Source: a virus | Lineage: Duplodnaviria > Caudoviricetes | Virus record (IMG/VR): IMGVR_UViG_3300013947_000024 | Coordinates: 1 to 64,000 of that record | Direction: 5' to 3' (one strand) | Length of the DNA: 64,000 nt | Shown here: one piece after another, positions 10,641-19,295 of the stretch | Layout: the number at the start of each line of letters is the position of its first letter | How positions within the stretch are numbered: position 1 is the stretch's first letter | Program-made: the position numbers and the translations under genes | The notes under the pieces: model-generated | Database searches by the model: none | Told to the model about the DNA's origin: nothing | Seen by the model: only the letters and a program-made list of their open reading frames with translations

Positions 10641-10959
10641 GCTGAGTAAGGTAGTAAAATGCGGTAACAAACGAGCGGTAGAGCGGATAGAATCTCTTCC
10701 GAAGATTTATCAGGTTGGTTGCTGGTTTCACTATGGTGTTAGAGAGTTCCCGTTTTCTGGGAAATACACGGTGGGTGGCGAAGAGCCGTTAGTATGGTAC
10801 TGGAGAGATTCTAACGGCACAGCAGATGAGTATGTGCTTCTCCCTATTTCGCACACCACAACAGGATCGACAATCTGCTGGTCGTTTAGCGAAAAGACAG
10901 CAAAGAAAATTGCAGAAGCACTTGAACAACACAGAGGAAGGAGTAATCATTTTGTATAA
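10621..10959 (+). CDS. Hypothetical protein
   Basis: Overlapping ORF in operon. Confidence 0.5.
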   Translation: MVDIINRLSKVVKCGNKRAVERIESLPKIYQVGCWFHYGVREFPFSGKYTVGGEEPLVWYWRDSNGTADEYVLLPISHTTTGSTICWSFSEKTAKKIAEALEQHRGRSNHFV

Positions 10960-11281
10960 CATTCTAAAAGATGTCTCTGTTATGACAAATATTCCAAAGG
11001 CGCGACTTGAGGCTATCACTGATTGCTTTGAGGCGGCTATTGGAGATGCCATGTGGGAGGCAAAACAGAGTGGAGAGAATAGGGTGGATATTGATTGCGG
11101 ATTTGGAGTCTTGTCTATGCTTATCACAGAAACCGAGGTTAGATGTGGCTTCAAGATGAGCGGGAAACTTTCCAAACGTATTGCAAGAACAATGGAGTCG
11201 AACGCGCCGCTTGCAGAAGTACAGCTCGAAAAACTTCTCGCTACAAGAATCGAAGAGACATATAAAGATTTGTTCCATTGA
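10952..11281 (+). CDS. Divergent HU/IHF-like DNA-binding protein
   Basis: TTG after AAGGAG; two helices then V.I..GFG.L and F..S..L pattern of the HU fold. Confidence 0.4.
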   Translation: MYNILKDVSVMTNIPKARLEAITDCFEAAIGDAMWEAKQSGENRVDIDCGFGVLSMLITETEVRCGFKMSGKLSKRIARTMESNAPLAEVQLEKLLATRIEETYKDLFH

Positions 11282-11289
11282 GGTGTGAC

Positions 11290-11772
11290 ATGGGAGACAA
11301 AGAAGTTATCGGATATGAAGACGCAAAAAGCCTTCTATCAAAAAACAGCCTTGAGCTTCAATCGGACATTGTCCAGGAACAAAACCCCGACAAGCTGAAA
11401 GATTTAACACATATGTTCAACCTTGTGCAAGCAAAGAAGAATGTGTTAAGAGCCTCGCAGTTGGACGCTCTGTATGACAAGCTCGTAGTTGAAGTGCAGA
11501 GAAGACTTGCTAATGGCGAGTTTAGGGATAACGACGACTTCATGAACGCGTGGAAGATGATTGAAGGTGCTCTTAATAGAGCAGAGGCGAAGGTCAATCT
11601 TGTAGATGAAACACCAGCTATCACGCTTCTTCAGCAGAACAACACAGTAAATGTCGGGTCTGCCGAGGCTCTTACAAAAGAGTCAAGAGATAGAATTCTT
11701 AAAGCGGTACAGAGCTTAATGAATAACAAGGACGATATTGTTGTTGACGGGGAGGATAACTCCGATGGATAA
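11290..11772 (+). CDS. Hypothetical protein, possible small terminase subunit
   Basis: Helical with QNNTVNVGS C-terminal motif resembling T4-like small terminases; weak. Confidence 0.3.
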   Translation: MGDKEVIGYEDAKSLLSKNSLELQSDIVQEQNPDKLKDLTHMFNLVQAKKNVLRASQLDALYDKLVVEVQRRLANGEFRDNDDFMNAWKMIEGALNRAEAKVNLVDETPAITLLQQNNTVNVGSAEALTKESRDRILKAVQSLMNNKDDIVVDGEDNSDG

Positions 11773-12034
11773 GTGGTCGGTTATTATTATCGGGCATACA
11801 CAGATGGCTAATCTTGTGTGCGAAGGCAATAACGAAGACCTTCAAAAGGGAAGGCAGATGTTGTTGGAGATTGCTGAGCATAGCAAGAATACTGGAGTAC
11901 ATAAGTATATCGGCGTTGGAAAGTTTTTCAATACAAAGACAGATGTATGCTTTGATGTTAATGACATCTCAAGCGTATCAATTACAAAGATAGAAGAAAA
12001 GGAGAAGACGGATAAAATTCCGTTGTTTGACTGA
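11765..12034 (+). CDS. Hypothetical protein
   Basis: GGAGG SD before ATG 11765. Confidence 0.5.
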   Translation: MDKWSVIIIGHTQMANLVCEGNNEDLQKGRQMLLEIAEHSKNTGVHKYIGVGKFFNTKTDVCFDVNDISSVSITKIEEKEKTDKIPLFD

Positions 12035-13184
12035 AATGCAGATTAAGAAAGAACCTAACGAGCAGTTAAGCGACTACATCAAACGAGTGTGCGAATACAA
12101 GAAGGAACATTGGAAAGAGTGCTCGTGGGAAGATGTAGCAGAGTGTATTAAAAACGAGGCTAATTTTGAGAAGAGCGAGAAATGGTATCGAACAGAGCGT
12201 TATCTTGCAATGGGCGTTGATGCTGACAACATTGACAAGCTAACCCTTCTTAAAATGCAGAAAGTCGCAATCTCTGATGAAAGAACGCAGGTTAATGCTT
12301 ATTACAGATCGCTTAGCAGAGAACAGACATTTAAGGACATTGCGTCTGATTGGGTAGAAAAGCTTCGTTTTTCTAAACCTTTGCTTACCACCAGAGAAGA
12401 CCTCGCTGAAGACACAGACAAGGAAGCAATCCTCCAGATTTCCGACTGGCATTATGGCTATGATATTCATAACGCGTGGAATGAATATGACCCCGACATT
12501 TGTAAGAGAAGAGTAAGTGAGCTTATTGAGAAGGTTGTCTCGCGTTGTAGGACACAGAATATCAGAACTCTTCATGTTGTGAATCTCGGGGATCTTGCGG
12601 CGGGACGCATCCATATGCAAATCAGGGTGCAGAGTAGGGAAGATCTTATTGGACAGACGATGTATGCGTCAGAAATTCTTGCAGAGGCTCTTAGCGAGCT
12701 TTCAAGATACTTTAATGTCGAATACTACGATTGTACGGATAACCATAGTAGAGTTGAACCTAATAAGAAGGAAAGCCTCCAAACGGAAACGATGACCCGT
12801 ATCATTCACTGGTACATCAAGACAAGATTTGATGGAAATGATAGAATCCATGTGAATGACAATGAATTCGGAGATGATATTATCACCTTTGAATGTAACG
12901 GTCATTCTGTTATTGGTGTACATGGAGATAAGGACGGAGCTACAAATGTTGTAGATCGTCTCTCTGGTCTCACGGGAAGAAGGTATGATCTTTGTCTTAC
13001 AGCTCATAGACACCACTTCTTTGGAGACGAGAAGAATTATACTGTTCTTCTTTCTAATAGCTCGCTTTGTGGCGCAGACGATTTTTCTATTGATCATAGA
13101 CTCACCGCGACCCCAGCACAGAACCTTATTATTGCAACAAAAGAAAATATCACAGATGGAATTCATAGAATCATCCTGAAGTAG
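12027..13184 (+). CDS. Calcineurin-like metallophosphoesterase with N-terminal helical domain
   Basis: SDWHYG, LGD, DNH, HGD, HRHH motifs. Confidence 0.85.
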   Translation: MTEMQIKKEPNEQLSDYIKRVCEYKKEHWKECSWEDVAECIKNEANFEKSEKWYRTERYLAMGVDADNIDKLTLLKMQKVAISDERTQVNAYYRSLSREQTFKDIASDWVEKLRFSKPLLTTREDLAEDTDKEAILQISDWHYGYDIHNAWNEYDPDICKRRVSELIEKVVSRCRTQNIRTLHVVNLGDLAAGRIHMQIRVQSREDLIGQTMYASEILAEALSELSRYFNVEYYDCTDNHSRVEPNKKESLQTETMTRIIHWYIKTRFDGNDRIHVNDNEFGDDIITFECNGHSVIGVHGDKDGATNVVDRLSGLTGRRYDLCLTAHRHHFFGDEKNYTVLLSNSSLCGADDFSIDHRLTATPAQNLIIATKENITDGIHRIILK

Positions 13185-13213
13185 TTGACTTTTACGATTT
13201 TGTATGATATACT
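13179..13213 (+). promoter_or_regulatory. SigA-type promoter (P2)
   Basis: AAGTAG-TTGACT 13185-13190, 17 bp spacer, TG-n-TATACT 13208-13213. Confidence 0.8.
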
Positions 13214-13268
13214 GAATACATCAAAACAAAGAGGAGGCGTGGCGACATAAACGCCACACAAGAATAAA

Positions 13269-13784
13269 ATGAAAGAAACGAAAGAAATCAAACTCACAAT
13301 TGACGGGAAGGAAGTCCGGCTGACCGATGAGCAGTTGAAAATGCTGGGGATTGAGAAAGATGAGGCAAGAAAGAATCCGTTTGACAGAGTGGAAAAAGGC
13401 GAGACATATTATTGCTCCTGCTTTGACGGGACTGCGCTTGCGATCATCGAAGAGGGTGACGCGTGCGATACTAGAGAGTATGATTCCGCTGACTACTTCA
13501 ATGATGCGCAGTTTGCAAAGCGGGTAGCCCTTCACCAGCTTCTCTATCGCAAGCTCTTAAAATTTGCGTATGACAACGAGTGCGAAGATAATCAAATATG
13601 GAGAGGCAATGGAATAGAGCATTGGCATATTGGGTATGATTTTGTAAAATGTGTATTTTATGCTGGCTGGGTTTCAAACTTCAAATATAACGATGTTTAC
13701 TTTTCAACAAAAGAAGCCACTGAGCGTGCAATCAAAGAAGTCGTCGAGCCTTTCATGAAAGAGCACCCCGAGTTTGTGTGGTGA
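13269..13784 (+). CDS. Hypothetical phage protein
   Basis: ORF downstream of P2. Confidence 0.6.
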   Translation: MKETKEIKLTIDGKEVRLTDEQLKMLGIEKDEARKNPFDRVEKGETYYCSCFDGTALAIIEEGDACDTREYDSADYFNDAQFAKRVALHQLLYRKLLKFAYDNECEDNQIWRGNGIEHWHIGYDFVKCVFYAGWVSNFKYNDVYFSTKEATERAIKEVVEPFMKEHPEFVW

Positions 13785-13797
13785 AAGGAGAAGAGAG

Positions 13798-14259
13798 ATG
13801 ATTAGGTATTTTAGCACAGAGGCGGATAAATACTATGACACATATGATGAAGCGCTAATCAGGGATACTTTGGCGCGCAAGCAGAGACTGGAAGAAAAAA
13901 TTTGCAAGTCTGCCAAGGAATTTGTTGAGGCAAGAAACAAAGTCGTCGAGCTTTACAGAGAGGCATGGTCTTTGTATGAAAAACTGGATAACGGAATGGG
14001 TCGAGATAAGGAATCATATCCAGAAATGGGCGAGGTAATTGACGGGTGGAACAAAGCCATTTCTCATCAAAACGGAATAATGTATGTGCTTCGTGACGCA
14101 CAATTGGGCTACCTTGATCTTTGTGGTGTACATTACGACTCGCCAGAGGTAGAATTAGCCCGACAAGCACGTGCGTCTATGAATAAATCTGTAGCTGGGG
14201 CGAACTCGGAATACATTACATCAGATGAAAACAAAAAAGGAGAAAATAACGATGATTAA
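13798..14259 (+). CDS. Hypothetical protein
   Basis: AAGGAG SD before ATG 13798. Confidence 0.55.
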   Translation: MIRYFSTEADKYYDTYDEALIRDTLARKQRLEEKICKSAKEFVEARNKVVELYREAWSLYEKLDNGMGRDKESYPEMGEVIDGWNKAISHQNGIMYVLRDAQLGYLDLCGVHYDSPEVELARQARASMNKSVAGANSEYITSDENKKGENNDD

Positions 14260-14539
14260 GTACAAGAGCACAGAAACAGGAAAAGAATACGACACTCTTA
14301 AAGAAGCAACAGGGGCGGAAATCGCGCTTAAAGAAAAGAAGAAAGCGGAGGAGGAAGAAGCAATGGCTCTTCAAAAAGCTATCGACAAAGCGTATGTGAA
14401 AATGATAGATAAGAGACGAGAATATCTCCAAGCAGAGGAAGAATTTAATGCCATTGCTGAAAGGCGAAAGGCTTACACAGATCATCTGTTTATTCTTAGC
14501 GATGTTTTCCGCGATCTTGTTACAAGCATCATTGGCTGA
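14252..14539 (+). CDS. Hypothetical coiled-coil protein, paralog-like to the upstream ORF
   Basis: N-terminus MIKYKSTETGKEYDT resembles MIRYFSTEADKYYDT of ORF 13798. Confidence 0.55.
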   Translation: MIKYKSTETGKEYDTLKEATGAEIALKEKKKAEEEEAMALQKAIDKAYVKMIDKRREYLQAEEEFNAIAERRKAYTDHLFILSDVFRDLVTSIIG

Positions 14540-14550
14540 GGTATAAAGAT

Positions 14551-14904
14551 ATGGCAAAGAGAGATGTGGATCAGTATTACAGACAGATTACAGAGCAGTA
14601 TCAGGAAGCTATGCGGGACTTGTCTGACATGGAAAATGCTCATGATGTGATGTATCCTCCTGAAACAATCGAAAACATTAAAATCATGGCGGATTCTATT
14701 AAGACCACCTATGATATTCTGTCTTGGGTAATGTATCTTATGAATAAGCCCGCAAAGAAGAGCAAGGCTTATAAGTACGCAAAGACCACAAAGAAAATGC
14801 GGTTCGCTATGAATCACGACAAAAAGCCAGAGGTGGTTGTTTCAACCAACAAAGAGACACTAAATCTAATTACAGAGGCTAAGCAGAGTGGAAGAAATTC
14901 TTAA
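14551..14904 (+). CDS. Hypothetical protein
   Basis: GAGG SD; packed ORF. Confidence 0.55.
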   Translation: MAKRDVDQYYRQITEQYQEAMRDLSDMENAHDVMYPPETIENIKIMADSIKTTYDILSWVMYLMNKPAKKSKAYKYAKTTKKMRFAMNHDKKPEVVVSTNKETLNLITEAKQSGRNS

Positions 14905-15151
14905 CGATTTACACATTCCCGACGAAGGCAAACACACCTCTAATGGAGCTTACGAAATTACCATTCCTAACTCCAACACATATAGTAGATACTATTCCCT
15001 CTTAGACAATAACGATGAGGTTGAGCAGATGGAAGATAACGCCCTGCTCACCCTTAACGAGGGGAGATTGCTGTACAAGTACAAGGGCTATTTGCTTGAC
15101 CTGCAGGGAGATTTCAGAAATAACATCTACAAACTTGTTATTACGAAGTAA
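14888..15151 (+). CDS. Hypothetical protein
   Basis: Overlap-coupled ORF. Confidence 0.55.
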   Translation: MEEILNDLHIPDEGKHTSNGAYEITIPNSNTYSRYYSLLDNNDEVEQMEDNALLTLNEGRLLYKYKGYLLDLQGDFRNNIYKLVITK

Positions 15152-15169
15152 AGGAAAAGATAGAAGAAC

Positions 15170-15862
15170 ATGGTAAAAGAAATTATTACAGATTTTGATT
15201 TAATGCGAGACAGAGCCGATGAGGTAGACCTTCGTAAAGAAGGAGCCAAAGTAAGAGAGATTATCCTTAACCTTAAGGATACTATTAGGGAGAAGAATCT
15301 TGTTTATCTTACTGCGCCTCAGATTGGCTATAATGTAAGAGTTTTCTGCATTAACTATAGCGGAGATATTCACACCTTTGTTAATCCCATTGTAGCGACC
15401 GCAAAAACACTTCAGATGTCGATTGAAACATGCAAGAGTATTCCCGATAAGCGGTTTATGATTCCGCGCGCCAACGATGTTCTTGCGATGTATGAGACAC
15501 CTCTGTGTAAGGTTGAAACGAGAAAGTTGACTGGTCTTTCTGCTTTTATTTATCAGCACTGCATTGAACATCTTGACGGAATCGCTATTTCTGACATCGG
15601 GCTTGAAGTTGATGAATTGTATGATAATGCAAGCGATGAAGAGAAGGGCGAGCTTATCAAGAGATATATCGACGCTCTTGGAATTAAGCAGAAGAACATT
15701 GAAGAAGAAATCAATAAAGATAAAAATCTTAAGGAGGCAAGCGACGCTATGAAGTTTGCCGAAGAGGTTGCTAAAGGAAATGTGACCTTGGAGGGAATTG
15801 AAAAGCGGAGCGATAATACCGATAATGGCAACAAAAATCAAACTGAAGAGGAAGACAAGTAA
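15170..15862 (+). CDS. def: Peptide deformylase-like protein with degenerate active site
   Basis: LTAPQIG, ETCKSIP and QHCIEHLDG correspond to PDF motifs GxGLAAxQ, EGCLS and QHExDHL; extra C-terminal coiled coil. Confidence 0.8.
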   Translation: MVKEIITDFDLMRDRADEVDLRKEGAKVREIILNLKDTIREKNLVYLTAPQIGYNVRVFCINYSGDIHTFVNPIVATAKTLQMSIETCKSIPDKRFMIPRANDVLAMYETPLCKVETRKLTGLSAFIYQHCIEHLDGIAISDIGLEVDELYDNASDEEKGELIKRYIDALGIKQKNIEEEINKDKNLKEASDAMKFAEEVAKGNVTLEGIEKRSDNTDNGNKNQTEEEDK

Positions 15863-16982
15863 TACCGCCATCTCTGATTTAACGCTGGATCAAGGCGAAC
15901 CTCTTTTTGATACAAGCACCAACACTCTGTATGTTGGTCACGAAGACGGGAAGACAGATAAAGGAGTGAGAGTAGACACTTCTCGCGCTTTAGATATTGA
16001 ATACATCAACGATCATGGAGACGACTTGGCTACAATAAATTTCAGTAACGTTAATGTCCCGCAGAAGTCGTGGAATGGCTATGTGTATGTCGGGCACCGC
16101 TGGAGTGGCGGTGCAATATCCCCAAAGATTCAGAGGTATTTGTTCCGTACCGCAGATTCCAATTCAGCAGACATTGGATGTCAAGATATTTATTGTGAAA
16201 CTGTACACGGATCAGCAGACTACCCAACTGGGTTCACATCAAGGGAAACGCCAAGTGGTAATGATCCATGGTGGAACCGAGGCAAGGACAACCCTCTCGC
16301 AAACGGTACACTCATTACTGACTGGCAATACAAGACAGACGCAACTGAGAATAATCCAGCTGACATCGCCCTTGTCCAGACCGCCTCTGGTGAGGATGGC
16401 GCAATGAATATCGTCCTCGACGGAGATGTGTTTGTACGTGGTGGGGGTGAGTCTTGGCATAGAGTTGCTACGGAAGACGGAAATATTGCAACCGCGACGA
16501 AACTCCGGAATGCTCGCAATCTTCAAGTATCACTGGGTGACACATCGGCAACATCATTTGACGGGAGTGCTAACGTTACAAACATTGGTGTGTCTGGCAC
16601 TCTTCAGGTTGGCAATGGAGGGACGGGGAAAACGACTCTCGCCGAGGTGAATGGCGTTGGCTCTGCGCAACATTTAGAGATCGTTGCGGCAAACGAAATA
16701 AGGTTTGTGCGCCCAAGCACTTGGCAAAAGAATGGGGATTTGCTTCTTGGGCACACATGGTCAGACGGCGATAGAAAAGATCTGACTATCAATACGTATA
16801 TTTTTAACAACGGTGATGGCGCTGGTGGGCTTGCTAATATTCAGTTTGATAACGCCACTGGCGATCTTAATGGAACCGCCACCAACGCTACTAATATCAA
16901 TATTAGTGGAGCTGGGAGTGTGGATGGGAACTATAAACTTACACTATCTGGCACAACATTAACACTTGAAAAGCAGTCATAA
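15825..16982 (+). CDS. Tail-fibre-like/structural protein
   Basis: N-terminal IKLKR...L..GEP..D...LYVG (Mtd_N/hyaluronidase-N-like); ATATKL..AR...SFDGS.NV and GTL.V.NGGTG fibre repeats. Confidence 0.7.
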   Translation: MATKIKLKRKTSNTAISDLTLDQGEPLFDTSTNTLYVGHEDGKTDKGVRVDTSRALDIEYINDHGDDLATINFSNVNVPQKSWNGYVYVGHRWSGGAISPKIQRYLFRTADSNSADIGCQDIYCETVHGSADYPTGFTSRETPSGNDPWWNRGKDNPLANGTLITDWQYKTDATENNPADIALVQTASGEDGAMNIVLDGDVFVRGGGESWHRVATEDGNIATATKLRNARNLQVSLGDTSATSFDGSANVTNIGVSGTLQVGNGGTGKTTLAEVNGVGSAQHLEIVAANEIRFVRPSTWQKNGDLLLGHTWSDGDRKDLTINTYIFNNGDGAGGLANIQFDNATGDLNGTATNATNINISGAGSVDGNYKLTLSGTTLTLEKQS

Positions 16983-17014
16983 ATCAATCATGCAAAAGAA
17001 AGAAGACAGAAGAA

Positions 17015-17212
17015 ATGATTAAGAAAGATTTTATTAAAAACGCCTATGGTATGATTCTCGGGCAAATCGAAGAAGATGAAAGAGGAAACAAAACAATCAA
17101 GAATCAATACGGGAAAATTCTTGGTCGATACAATTCCTCTGACGATACTACGCGAGATGAGTACGGTTATATTTTATACAGAGGAGATCGCCTTTCACTG
17201 CTTTTGCGGTGA
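17015..17212 (+). CDS. Small beta-hairpin repeat protein
   Basis: Three IKN.YG.ILG-type repeats. Confidence 0.55.
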   Translation: MIKKDFIKNAYGMILGQIEEDERGNKTIKNQYGKILGRYNSSDDTTRDEYGYILYRGDRLSLLLR

Positions 17213-17230
17213 GAGGCGTTTCTTTCCCAT

Positions 17231-17398
17231 ATGAACGAAAACAATTGTGAAAAATGTCTGCTCGGCTTGCTTTCAAAAGAATTGAATAGTGCAAGTTGCC
17301 CGTATTTTAAGCAGAATAAAGAAAAGAAATGTGTAAACTACACAAATATGCAAAAGAAAGAAGAGAAGACGAATGAGAAACAGACATCTCCAGTGTAA
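17231..17398 (+). CDS. Small Cys-containing protein (55 aa, not in ORF track)
   Basis: MNENNCEKC...CPYF...CVNY; fills the intergenic gap. Confidence 0.4.
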   Translation: MNENNCEKCLLGLLSKELNSASCPYFKQNKEKKCVNYTNMQKKEEKTNEKQTSPV

Positions 17399-17439
17399 GT
17401 ATATTTTTGATCGAGTCCATATTGAGGGCGGGTCACGGG

Positions 17440-18633
17440 ATGGCAAAATATAAGTTCACCGATTTGAGCGGGCAAAGATTTGGAAGATTAACAGTCGTTA
17501 AAAGAGTGGAAAATAAAGTTCAACCAAACGGATCTCATAAAATAATGTACGAGTGTTTGTGTGATTGTGGAACTGTAAAAACTGTGTGCGCTTCTAATTT
17601 GAAAATGGGAACGACGAGAAGTTGCGGATGCTTAAATCGAGAATTGGCATCGAAAAGAAGCTCAAAGAATCTTATTGGACAAAAATTCGGTCGACTAACG
17701 GTAATTGAAAGAGCGGATGATTATGTCGGACCATCTGGAACGAGAGCCACAAAATATCGTTGCCTTTGCGAGTGTGGGAACATGGTCGATGTTGTTGGGG
17801 CGAGTTTAACAATTGGATATACCAATTCTTGCGGGTGCTTACATAGAGAGGTTGTTCGCAAGTTTAATGATTTATCTGGTCAAAAATTTGGCAAGCTAAC
17901 TGTAATTGAGCGTTTTTATGATGAAGAAAAATATAAACGCAGAATTATGTATCGATGTGTTTGTGAGTGCGGAACAGAGACTATTGTAGACGGTAATTCC
18001 TTAAAACGAGGCGTTACAAAAAGTTGCGGCAGATCACTTTGTATGTTTGATGGTCCTCCTAAAAATTTCATAGATCTGACGGGAAGAAAATTCGGGAAAT
18101 TGACGGTTATTGAGAGGTCTCAAAATCAAACTTCTCCAAATGGATATTGCGCTACAATGTATCAATGTTTATGCGACTGCGGCACCGTAAAAGATATTTG
18201 GTCGAGATCTCTTTTAGCTGGACACACACAATCTTGCGGTTGCACAACAATGTCACATGGTGAAATTAAAATACAACAAATGTTGGACTCAAACAGCATC
18301 AAATATTTGTATGATTCGAGCTATTTTGACGATCTTAGAGTCGGGCATAAAAAACTTCGATGCGATTTTATTATATTTAGCGACGGAGATCCGATTCGAG
18401 TAATTGAGTTTGACGGTGCTCAGCATTTTGAAAACATACAATATTTTGGGAATAAACTTTCAAGGCAGATACAATGCGACAATGTTAAAAACGAGTATTT
18501 TTTGACTCGCCACATCCCATTGATTAGAATACCATATACTGACGAGAACATTTTTATCTACGAGGATATATGGTCTGACAAATATTTGATTAAGCAGAGA
18601 AAAGAAGGAGACAAGAACGATGAGAAAATTTGA
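17440..18633 (+). CDS. Free-standing homing endonuclease (4 Cys-rich repeats + DUF559/Vsr-like nuclease)
   Basis: Four DLxGxxFGxLTV...CxCxCG...SCG repeats; C-terminal S.GE...DF...IEFDG.QH...IPLIRIPY. Confidence 0.8.
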   Translation: MAKYKFTDLSGQRFGRLTVVKRVENKVQPNGSHKIMYECLCDCGTVKTVCASNLKMGTTRSCGCLNRELASKRSSKNLIGQKFGRLTVIERADDYVGPSGTRATKYRCLCECGNMVDVVGASLTIGYTNSCGCLHREVVRKFNDLSGQKFGKLTVIERFYDEEKYKRRIMYRCVCECGTETIVDGNSLKRGVTKSCGRSLCMFDGPPKNFIDLTGRKFGKLTVIERSQNQTSPNGYCATMYQCLCDCGTVKDIWSRSLLAGHTQSCGCTTMSHGEIKIQQMLDSNSIKYLYDSSYFDDLRVGHKKLRCDFIIFSDGDPIRVIEFDGAQHFENIQYFGNKLSRQIQCDNVKNEYFLTRHIPLIRIPYTDENIFIYEDIWSDKYLIKQRKEGDKNDEKI

Positions 18634-19087
18634 AGAGGTGAAAGATGTGCTTAAAAAATTTCCAGAGATTAAAACCAAAATGCCAGCAAGAGCCACCACG
18701 CACTCCGCTGGGTATGATTTTTTTAGTAAAGAAAATTACATCTTAAATCCTGGTGAACATCACATTTTTTGGACGGATGTAAAAGCGATAATGTACTTTG
18801 ACAATTTTTTACAGATTCATACACGGTCTGGAAATGGTTGCCAAAGAGGCGTCATTCTCAGAAATTGCACAGCAATCATTGACGAGGATTATGCAAACAA
18901 CCCAGACAATGATGGGAATATTGGAATTTGCTTGAAGAATTGCGGAGACGCACCATTTAGCATCGTCATTGGAGACAAAATTGCAGAGGGCATTTTTTTA
19001 AGATACATGATCGTGGATGATGATGAGTATATGAATTCAAAAGAGTCTTCTAAAAGAACAGGAGGCTTTGGTTCCAGTGGAAGATAA
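18620..19087 (+). CDS. dut: Trimeric dUTPase
   Basis: SAGYD, RSG, IIDEDY, RTGGFGSSG motifs. Confidence 0.93.
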   Translation: MRKFEEVKDVLKKFPEIKTKMPARATTHSAGYDFFSKENYILNPGEHHIFWTDVKAIMYFDNFLQIHTRSGNGCQRGVILRNCTAIIDEDYANNPDNDGNIGICLKNCGDAPFSIVIGDKIAEGIFLRYMIVDDDEYMNSKESSKRTGGFGSSGR

Positions 19088-19289
19088 GATTGTTCTTTAT
19101 ACAACACACTGTCCTAAGTGTGAAATCTTAACGAAGAAATTAAACGATAAAAACATTAAATATACAGTCTGCGAAGATGTGAATCTCATGGAAGAAAAAG
19201 GATTTACTTTTGCTCCTATGCTTGAAGTAGGAGAAAAAATCATGGGGTTCAGCGAAGCAGTTAAATGGGTCAATAGTAAAGAGGGGTAA
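19077..19289 (+). CDS. nrdH: NrdH/glutaredoxin-like redoxin
   Basis: CPKC motif, cis-Pro AP motif; immediately upstream of nrdD. Confidence 0.8.
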   Translation: MEDKIVLYTTHCPKCEILTKKLNDKNIKYTVCEDVNLMEEKGFTFAPMLEVGEKIMGFSEAVKWVNSKEG

Positions 19290-19295
19290 TTGAAT

